Assembly (NCBI GenBank): GCA_963695095.1 | Contig: CAVOFT010000001.1 | Location: 2,464,001-2,528,000, forward strand | DNA from: an uncultured bacterium | Lineage (GTDB): Bacteria; Krumholzibacteriota; Krumholzibacteriia; JACNKJ01 | Reading direction: 5' to 3' | DNA: 64,000 nt | Shown here: in pieces, positions 56,642 through 64,000 of the stretch | How the letters are laid out: every line of letters begins with the position of its first letter | Position numbering within the stretch: position 1 is the first letter of the stretch | Notes under the pieces: generated by a model | The model's database searches: none | What the model was told of the DNA's origin: nothing | What the model saw: only the letters and a program-made list of their open reading frames with translations | Position numbers and translations under genes: made by a program

Positions 56642-56643
56642 GC

Positions 56644-57662
56644 CTACTCCCGCGGCACGCGCAGGCGGCCGGCGATGATCTCCGCGGCGAGCGAGTCCGC
56701 CGTCGCCCGCATCGCGGGCGTCAGTAGCGCGGCGTTGTGCTCGTCCAGGCTGTAGCCGACGCCGGCCTCGGCGAGGCCGAACTCCTGGACGCCGCCGGCG
56801 AAGCTGCCCGCCTTGAGGGCGGCGATCGTGGCGAAGACCGCCCGGTCGACGCGCTTCTCCATGCTGGTCAGCAGGGTGCCCGGCGCCATGTGGTTCTGGT
56901 TGGAATCGACGCCGATCGCATAGACGCCCTTCTCGCGCGCCGCCTCGATGACGCCGTTGCCCGTGGTGCCGGCGGCGTGGAAGATGACGTCGGCGCCGCG
57001 CCCGATCTGGGACAGGGCCAGCTCCTTGCCCCTGACCGGATCGGCGAAGGCGCTCGGGGTCACGCCGGCATAGCCGACGAGCACCCGCGCATCGGGCGCA
57101 GGGCCAGGGCGCCGGCCCGGTAGCCCGCTTCGAAGCGCTTGATCAGCGACACCTCCATGCCGCCGACGAAGCCCAGGGTGCCCGACGTCGTCGCCAGCGC
57201 CGCCAGCGCGCCGACGAGGAAGCAACCCTCTTCTTCGCGGAAGAGCAGGCTGGCGACATTGGCCTGTCCTTCGACGCGGCCGTCGACGATGGCGAAGTGG
57301 GTCTCGGGGAAATCGGCCGCCACCTTGGCGATCGAATCCGCGAAGAGGAACCCGACCCCGATGATCAGGTCGAAGCCGCGCTCGGCCAGGCGGCGCAGGC
57401 CCTGCTCCCGGTCCGAGTCCTGCCCGGGTTCGAACTCCACGGCCTTGATGCCCAGTTCGGCCTCGGCTTGCTGGAGGCCGCGGTAGGCGGAGTCGTTGAA
57501 GGAGCGATCGCCCTTGCCGCCGATGTCGAAGACCATGCCCACGCGCAGGGCGCCCGGCGCCTGCTCCTCGGCCTGCTTTTCGCCGCAGGCTGTGGGGATG
57601 AGCAGGAGCAGGCAGAGGCCACCGAAGATGATGGCGCGCGGGCGCCGCAGGCGTGTCGGCAT
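56644..57662 (-). CDS. BMP/PnrA-family lipoprotein (nucleoside-binding), frameshift near 57095
   Basis: PTA-C lipobox, GGKGDRSFN, F.EEEG.FLVG, GADVIFHAAG, IGVDSNQ, TSMEKRVD. Confidence 0.9.
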
Positions 57663-57682
57663 GTCGCCTCCCGGGCTAGGGG

Positions 57683-58639
57683 CTAGAGCACGATGCGCGT
57701 GCCGCCGGCGCCGGCCAGGGCCTCGCCCAGGTTCTCCGGCGCGCAGACCAGCACTTCCTTGCCGCCGCGCGCGAGAAAGCGCGCCGCGGCTTCCATCTTG
57801 GGACCCATGCTGCCGGCGGGGAACTCGCCCGCCGCCTGGTGGCGACGCAGCGCGGCGAGATCGATCTCGCCGAGATCGCGCTGGGCAGGCGTGCGAAAGC
57901 CGACGGCCACGCGCGCCACGCCGGTGACGAAGATGAGCACGTTGGCGCCCAGCTCGCGGGCCAGCTCGGCGGCGGCGAAGTCCTTGTCGATGACGGCGTC
58001 GATGCCCTTGAGCAGTCCCTCGCGGTTGCGCCGCACGGGGATGCCCCCGCCGCCGGCGGCGATCACGACGACGCCGCTCTCCACGAGGCGGCGGATGGAA
58101 TCGATCTCCACGATGTGCTTGGGCTCGGGGCTGGCCACCACGCGCCGGATGCCGCGGCCGGCGTCCTCCTTCATCACCCAGCCCTTCTCGGCGGCCAGGG
58201 CGGCCGCCTCCTCGGGCTCGTAGAAGGGGCCGATGGGCTTGGTCGGGTCGGCGAAGGCGGGGTCGGCGGGGTCGACTTCCACCTGCGTGACCACGGTGGC
58301 CACCGGCCGCCGGTCGCCGATCAGGTGCAGCTCGTTGCGCAGGGCATTCTGGATCATGAAGCCGATGCCGCCCTGGCTGTCGGCGCCGCAGATGAACAGC
58401 GGCATGGGCGGGATCTGGGCCTTGGCCGCCTCGTTGCGCAGGACGATGTTGCCCACCACCGGCCCGTTGCCGTGGCTGAGCACGACGCGCACGCCCGAGC
58501 GGATGAGGGCGGCCACCGGCGCCATCGAGCGGCGCGTGGTGGCGAACTGCTCGTCGATGGTGCCGGAGCTGCCCACCGGCAGGACGGCGTTGCCGCCCAG
58601 CGTGATGACGAGCAGGTCTGCCTGGCTGTAGCGACCCAT
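57683..58639 (-). CDS. arcC: Carbamate kinase
   Basis: LGGNA, HGNGPVVG, PTKPIGPFY, RRVVASPEP, AVIDKD, GSMGPK. Confidence 0.94.
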   Translation of the reverse strand: MGRYSQADLLVITLGGNAVLPVGSSGTIDEQFATTRRSMAPVAALIRSGVRVVLSHGNGPVVGNIVLRNEAAKAQIPPMPLFICGADSQGGIGFMIQNALRNELHLIGDRRPVATVVTQVEVDPADPAFADPTKPIGPFYEPEEAAALAAEKGWVMKEDAGRGIRRVVASPEPKHIVEIDSIRRLVESGVVVIAAGGGGIPVRRNREGLLKGIDAVIDKDFAAAELARELGANVLIFVTGVARVAVGFRTPAQRDLGEIDLAALRRHQAAGEFPAGSMGPKMEAAARFLARGGKEVLVCAPENLGEALAGAGGTRIVL

Positions 58640-58649
58640 GCCTCCCGAC

Positions 58650-59865
58650 CTAGAGGATCCGCTCGAGGGTGGCGCGCATCTTCTCCAGGGCCAGGCGGAT
58701 GTTCTCCACCGAGTTGGCGTAGGACAGGCGGATGTAGCCCTCGCCGTAGGCGCCGAAGGCCGTGCCCGAGAGCGCGGCCACGCCGCCCTCCTCGAGCAGG
58801 GCGTCCGCCAGCGGCTTGGACTTCCAGCCCGTCTCCTTGATGTTCGGGAACACGTAGAAGGCGCCCTTGGGGCTGAGACAGCTGAAGCCCGGCAGCTGGT
58901 TGAGCCCGGCCACGATGACGTCGCGGCGCTCCTTGAAGGCGGCCACCATCTTCGTCACCTCGTCCTGCGGCCCGGTGAGGGCGGCCGCTCCCGCCTTCTG
59001 CGTGAAGGCCGCCGTGCAGCTGGCGCTGTTGGTGATCGAGCTTGGCCACGCGCTCGGCCAGGTGCGCCGGGAAGACGCCGTAGCCCAGGCGCCAGCCGGT
59101 CATCGCGTAGGTCTTGGAGTGGCCGTCCAGCAGCACCGTGCGCTCGGCCATGCCCGGCAGCGGGTAGAGGCTCTGGTGCTCGCCTTCGTAGATGATGCGG
59201 CTGTAGATCTCGTCGGCGAGGACGAGCAGGTCGTTCTCGCGGGCGATCGCCGCGATCTCCGCCAGCTCCGCTGCGCTGAGCACGCCGCCGGTCGGATTCT
59301 GCGGCGAGTTCAGGATGAGCATGCGCGTGGCGGGCGTGATCGAGTCCTTGATCCGCTGGATGTCCATGCCGAAGCCCGTGGACTCGAGCAGCGGGATGGG
59401 CACGGCCTTGGCGCCCACGAAGTTGATCATCGACTCGTAGATGGGAAAGCCCGGGTTGGGGTAGAGCACCTCGTCGCCCGGCTCCACGCAGGCCAGGATG
59501 GTGTAGAACATGATCGGCTTGGCGCCCGGGCGTGATGACGATCTGGCCCGCGTCCACCTTCACGCCGCGCGTGCGCGTGATGTAGTCGGCGATAGACCTC
59601 GCGCACCGCGGGCAGGCCGGCCGAGGGCACGTAGTGCGTGTCGCCGCCCCTGAGCGCCGCGACCGCAGCGTCGACGATGTAGCTCGGCGTCGTCGAAGTC
59701 CGGCTCGCCGATCTCGAGATGGACGATCTCCCGGCCCTGGGCCTCGAGGGCCTTGGCCTTGGCCAGCACCTCGAAGGCGGTTTCGGTGCCGAGACGGGAC
59801 ATGCTGCTGGCGTAGAAGCGGCCGCGGCGGCCGCTGCCCGGAAGAGCCTTTTCGATGGACTGCAT
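58650..59865 (-). CDS. PLP-dependent class I/II (aspartate-type) aminotransferase, about 4 frameshifts
   Basis: LEIGEPDF, HYVPSAG, NSPQNPTG, DEIY, SKTYAMTGWRLG, GAFYVFP, IRLSYA across frames. Confidence 0.88.
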
Positions 59866-59949
59866 GGCGAACCTCGACGGGCTGGATGTGAGCCGCGTCC
59901 ACCGCGGCGCGCCGGCCTCGCCGCCGGCTGAGGGCAGGACAAGAGCTTC

Positions 59950-59978
59950 AAAGTACATGCGCTGCCGGAGACTGTCAA
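59950..59978 (-). promoter_or_regulatory. Sigma70 promoter for the aminotransferase-arcC-ABC operon
   Basis: TTGACA-17 nt-TACTTT. Confidence 0.65.
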
Positions 59979-59992
59979 TCCGGAGCGGCAAG

Positions 59993-60937
59993 TCAGGATC
60001 GCGGCGGCTCGGGCTCCCCGGCGCCGCCCTGCCCGGCGGCGAGCGCGGCGCGCAGGTGGCCACCAACTGCTGCCAGCCGCGCCTCCGCCGCCGTGCGCGA
60101 ACAGGCGCCGAGCTGCATCAGGAGGGCGGTCTTCACGCTGCCGCCGGCGGCCTCGAGCAGGGCGGCGGCGGCCGCGTAGTCCAGGCCCGCCAGCTCCATC
60201 AGCAGCCCGCGGCCGCGCTCGACCAGCTTGGCGCTGGTCGCCGTGAGGTCCACCATCCGGTTGCCGTAGATCTTGCCGGCCAGCACCCAGGCCGCGGTGC
60301 TGATCATGTTCAGCACCAGCTTTTGCGCCGTGCCCGCCTTCAGCCGCGTCGAACCGGCGAGGGCCTCGGGGCCCACGACGAGACGGATGGCCAGCTCGCC
60401 CGGCACGGCGACCGCGGGATTGGCGGTGATGAAGGCCGTGCGGCAGCCGCGGCGTAGCGCCTCCTCGACGGCGGCCACCGTGTAGGGCGTGCGGTGGCTG
60501 GCGCTGATGCCCACGACCGTGTCGGCCGGCCCCGGCGCGAGCGCCGCCAGATCCGCGGCGCCGGCGGCGGCATCGTCCTCCACGCCCTCGGCGCTGCGCG
60601 CGAGGCTGGGCGCGCCGCCGGCGATGATGCCGACCACCTGCCAGGGCGCGGAGCCGAAGCTGGGCGGGCATTCGGCGGCGTCGAGCACGCCCAGACGGCC
60701 GCTGGTGCCGGCGCCGACGTAGAGGAGGCGCCCGCCGGCGGCAAAGCTGGCCGCGGCCATCTCGGCCACCTGGGCCACGGCCGGCAGGACCGCGGCCACC
60801 GCGGCGGCGACCTGGGCATCTTCGGCGTTCATGGCGCGGACGATGCCCAGGGCATCCCTGCTGTCCAGATCGGCCGTCACGGGATTCGCCTGCTCGGTGA
60901 CGAGCCGGCGCAAGCTCTCCAGGAGTTCCTCGCCCAT
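59993..60937 (-). CDS. murQ: N-acetylmuramic acid 6-phosphate etherase
   Basis: TEQAN, GAGTSGRLGVLDAAECPP, EGVED, GSTRLKAGTAQKLVLNMIST, GNRMVD. Confidence 0.95.
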   Translation of the reverse strand: MGEELLESLRRLVTEQANPVTADLDSRDALGIVRAMNAEDAQVAAAVAAVLPAVAQVAEMAAASFAAGGRLLYVGAGTSGRLGVLDAAECPPSFGSAPWQVVGIIAGGAPSLARSAEGVEDDAAAGAADLAALAPGPADTVVGISASHRTPYTVAAVEEALRRGCRTAFITANPAVAVPGELAIRLVVGPEALAGSTRLKAGTAQKLVLNMISTAAWVLAGKIYGNRMVDLTATSAKLVERGRGLLMELAGLDYAAAAALLEAAGGSVKTALLMQLGACSRTAAEARLAAVGGHLRAALAAGQGGAGEPEPPRS

Positions 60938-63900
60938 CAGCGCATCCTCACGACCTTGTCCTCCCAGACGAGCTCGTCGCCGGCCAGATCGGTGAAGACC
61001 AGGCGCAGCAGGTAGACGCCATTGGCGACGAGGTCGCCCCGATCGTCGCGACCGTCCCAGCTCAGCCAGCGCGTCTCGCCTTCGCTCTGATCGCCCAGGC
61101 GCTGATGGTGGATGCGCCGTCCGCTGAGCGTGTAGATCGACAGGCTGCCCTCGCGCACGGCGCCCGTCAGGCTGTAGCGGAAGGTCGTGGCGACGCGGAA
61201 GGGATTGGGGAAGATGAGTCCCTGGAGCAGGCGGGCGCGGCCGTCCACCACCAGGCGGATGGCGTCGTAGTACTCGCCCTCGTAGCGCAACTCGAGGCTG
61301 TGTTCGCCGGCGCCCCAGGCGTAGTCGGCGTCCATGTGGAAGACGGTGGTGTCGGGGTTGTCCCCGGCGAAGACCGCGCCGACATCGGCGCGCAGGGCGC
61401 CGTCCTCCCAGAGCGCGAAGCCCTCGGGCTGGAAGGTCGGCGAGGGCACCCGAATGCGCAGGCGCAGGCGGCCGGTGCCGCGCACCCACTGGCCGTCACG
61501 CAGGCTGTCGCCGCTGGCGCTGAAGACGTCCACCCGCTTGGCCGCCAGCAGGGTGAGGCGGCCTTCGCGACCGGCCTGGTCCTGCGCCGTGAGGGCCAGG
61601 TAGTCGCGCTGGGGCGAATAGCCCGCCTTGGCCGTGAGCAGCCAGCCGCGCGTCCCCTGTCCCGCGGCGGCGAGCGTGCTGTCCAGCGGCACGGCCAGCG
61701 CGCTGAAGGTGGTGTCCGTCTCGGCGAGCAGGCTGTCCAGCAGGGCGGAGTCGGCGTGGATGGGCAGCCAGGCCGCCACGAGCTCGGCAGCGAGGGGGCC
61801 GAACTGGTCGGCGAGCCGTGGGGGCGTCTGGCGCGTCTCGTCGATGACGAGCGCCGTCAGGGCCAGCGTATCCCCCGGCACCTGAGTGGGGATGAAGTCG
61901 CCGTCCGCGAGCTCCCGGCGCCCCGCGAAGAGGCGCAGGCGCGGCGGCGAGCGATCGATGCGGGTCAGCGGGTCGCCGAGCAGGTTGTAGCGATAGCTCG
62001 AGATGTACTGGCCGTAGCGCAGCTCGCTGGCGAGCTGCAAGGTGCCCAGCCGCCAGTCGGCGGCGGCGCCCGGCGCCGGGGCGGTGGAGAAGAGGAGCCG
62101 GATCAGCTGCCGCTCCAGCTCGATGTTGGGGAAGAGGTACTCGTAGCCCTCGCTCGCGTAGCTGGCCACGGCGCCCCTGCCGCCCGGCAGGAAGAGCAGC
62201 TTCTCACCCATGCAGTCGCCTGCGGCCACGCTGCCCTCGTTGTGCGTGGCGAAGGTGTTGCCATGGCAGCCGAAGAGCGCCCAGACGAAGGGCTTGCCCG
62301 CGTTGTTCAGCCGCAAGTGGTCGTCGGCCCCGAAGTTGGTCTTGAAGTACTCCTCGTGACCGAGCTGATTGCGGTTGGCGTGGCTCTGCACGCTGATGAA
62401 TCCCCAGCCCCGGCTGAGCGAGTCGGTGAACACCGCCGAGAGGATGGGGCGAAGGTTGCTCTGCACGTAGGCGAGCTGCGCGTCCGGGTGCTCGGCGAAC
62501 CAGGGATCCGTGAGCGCCGACAGGTAGAGGGGCCGGGGGCGGAAGTCGCGGGTCAGGTTCTCGGTCTCGACATAGGCCCGCAGCTCCTCCTGGCCGATCT
62601 CGAACTGCAGTTCGTGCTGCTTGCACACGAAGGGCGCGTAGTAGTCTTCCCAGACCCAGCAATCGTCGGCGGCGTGGAGGAAGTCCCCCCGCCAGTCGCC
62701 GCTGCAAGCGCCCGGTCCGCTGTAGGTTTCGTAGCATTCGATCTTGTCGAGCAGGGTCGTCAGCTCGGTGCTGCTGCCCACGGGCAGGCGCCCCACGAGG
62801 AGGGCCGGCCAGGCGTTCGCGCTGAACTTGGCCACCCACTCCTCGATGGCGACCAGCTCGTAGGAGCCGAGCACGTCCTCCTGGCGCAGGGTGACGGGAA
62901 TGAAGTTCGGCATGGCGAAGCTGTTGACCGTGCGCGCGTCCTTGTTGCCATCCCCGACGAGCAGCAAGGCCGCCGTCCCCCACTGCTGGTAGGCGAAGCG
63001 CGCGGCGCTCCGCAGGGGCAGGTTGCCGCGGACGCCGCCGCCGAAGGCGTCCCAGACCGTTTCGCTGCCGAGGAGCCGCACGCGATAGCCCTGCGTCTCG
63101 CGCCAGTCCGCCCAGCGCTGCATGCCGGCCAGGAAGTCCTCGTGGCAGATGGCCAGGACGTCGCAGGGGCCGGTCTCATCGAGCAGGGCGAGCGGGGCCG
63201 CGGCCGCCAGCGCCGGCGCGCGCAGCACGCTCTCGTCGGCCAGGAGCCAGCGCTCGTCGCCGGCGAGCTCGTCGCGGAGGGCAAGCTGATAGTCGCCGGC
63301 ATTGCCGCTCTGATTCGCGGCCGCGAGGAGCAAGCGCACCGGCGGCGTCCCGGCGGGGCCCAGGCGCAAGAGCTGCCAGCCCGGCCAGGGGCCGGACAGG
63401 CCGCTCACCCTGAGCTCGGCCGCTCCGCTCAGACCCTCGGCGTCGAAGGCCAGCGAGTCCTGGCTGGCGACGTAGCGCGAGCGATAGCTAAGCTCCCAAT
63501 CCTGCATCACGGCCGTCCACACCGTATTGCGCCGCACGCGCAGGCTGTTGTCCCCGTCGGCGAGAGCGCCGGCAGGCACGGTGGCGCTGTAGTCGATGGC
63601 CTGCGCGAGGCTGAAGATGCACTGGGGCAGGGCAGTGCTGCCGCCGCCGTTGACGATCTCCACGTCGAAGACCCGCGCCGTGGTCGTGTTGTGCGTGCCC
63701 TGGAAGTGCAGCTTCAGCGTGGCCTCGCTGCCCGCCAGGATGCCGGGGCTGGCCAGGGGCAGGGTCAGCGTGAAGTTCTGGGCATGGGCCGGTTGCGCGA
63801 AGTAGTAGAGGTTCTCCCGCCAGGTCTCGCTGGCGCCGTCGTAGAGCAGGGAGGGCGGATTCGCTAGGAAGAAGCTCTCGCCCCAGGCGGCGCGGCGGCG

Positions 63901-64000
63901 CAGGAAGTCCGACGGCAGCGACCAGCCCCCGCCCTCGCTCCAGGCGACCTCGCTGGCCATCTCGCTGACGAGAGCCGGCGCGCGGCCGGCGAAGTAGGCC
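60937..64000 (-). CDS. Gingipain-like peptidase C25 (PorU-like) with C-terminal FlgD-Ig/T9SS-like sorting domain; 5' end outside the window
   Basis: LLLVGDG, VGRLPV, K..CYE, putative His (QSHAN) and Cys (FGCHG), YNLLGDP; tail IFPNPF..IYTLSGR..WDGRDDRG..NGVYL. Confidence 0.82.
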   Translation of the reverse strand, partial: AYFAGRAPALVSEMASEVAWSEGGGWSLPSDFLRRRAAWGESFFLANPPSLLYDGASETWRENLYYFAQPAHAQNFTLTLPLASPGILAGSEATLKLHFQGTHNTTTARVFDVEIVNGGGSTALPQCIFSLAQAIDYSATVPAGALADGDNSLRVRRNTVWTAVMQDWELSYRSRYVASQDSLAFDAEGLSGAAELRVSGLSGPWPGWQLLRLGPAGTPPVRLLLAAANQSGNAGDYQLALRDELAGDERWLLADESVLRAPALAAAAPLALLDETGPCDVLAICHEDFLAGMQRWADWRETQGYRVRLLGSETVWDAFGGGVRGNLPLRSAARFAYQQWGTAALLLVGDGNKDARTVNSFAMPNFIPVTLRQEDVLGSYELVAIEEWVAKFSANAWPALLVGRLPVGSSTELTTLLDKIECYETYSGPGACSGDWRGDFLHAADDCWVWEDYYAPFVCKQHELQFEIGQEELRAYVETENLTRDFRPRPLYLSALTDPWFAEHPDAQLAYVQSNLRPILSAVFTDSLSRGWGFISVQSHANRNQLGHEEYFKTNFGADDHLRLNNAGKPFVWALFGCHGNTFATHNEGSVAAGDCMGEKLLFLPGGRGAVASYASEGYEYLFPNIELERQLIRLLFSTAPAPGAAADWRLGTLQLASELRYGQYISSYRYNLLGDPLTRIDRSPPRLRLFAGRRELADGDFIPTQVPGDTLALTALVIDETRQTPPRLADQFGPLAAELVAAWLPIHADSALLDSLLAETDTTFSALAVPLDSTLAAAGQGTRGWLLTAKAGYSPQRDYLALTAQDQAGREGRLTLLAAKRVDVFSASGDSLRDGQWVRGTGRLRLRIRVPSPTFQPEGFALWEDGALRADVGAVFAGDNPDTTVFHMDADYAWGAGEHSLELRYEGEYYDAIRLVVDGRARLLQGLIFPNPFRVATTFRYSLTGAVREGSLSIYTLSGRRIHHQRLGDQSEGETRWLSWDGRDDRGDLVANGVYLLRLVFTDLAGDELVWEDKVVRMR

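Noticed and set aside
61105..63867. Long plus-strand ORFs opposite real genes (also 13527..15788, 37323..39884, 41924..43759)
   Set aside because: Antisense shadows with no recognisable motifs.

Overview
Very GC-rich, gene-dense bacterial chromosome segment, mostly housekeeping genes on the minus strand. It carries purine biosynthesis (purF, tandem purS-like, purQ, purL, purB, purM, purE, purD, glyA), RNA modification/processing (truD, trmB, truA, tsaC, pcnB), argS, rsfS, tatC, nrdR, tldD/pmbA, lnt, murQ and a BMP-type nucleoside ABC transporter. Outer-membrane barrels, Lnt, lipoproteins and a gingipain-like C25 protein with an FlgD-Ig/T9SS-type tail indicate a diderm, probably an FCB-group candidate-phylum organism (inference). 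About 12 genes carry roughly 20 frameshifts that look like long-read/MAG indel errors. No rRNA, tRNA, CRISPR array or mobile element was recognised. The most interesting locus is a three-part module at 38.5-40.9 kb, inserted between pfkB and purM: a conserved-looking hypothetical protein with a LeuA-regulatory-like C-terminus, an unannotated 20-aa hydrophobic peptide (MFKFIIDLFFGDLLLTKTWW) with its own promoter, a strong SD and a 12-bp inverted repeat bracketing it, and a multi-TM HD-GYP phosphodiesterase. This is a candidate peptide-controlled cyclic-dinucleotide signalling system. Other highlights are two candidate sRNAs (one behind a sigma54-like promoter plus IHF-like site), a beta-barrel/SppA fusion lacking both catalytic residues, and an acidic DxDGDG-repeat lipoprotein.
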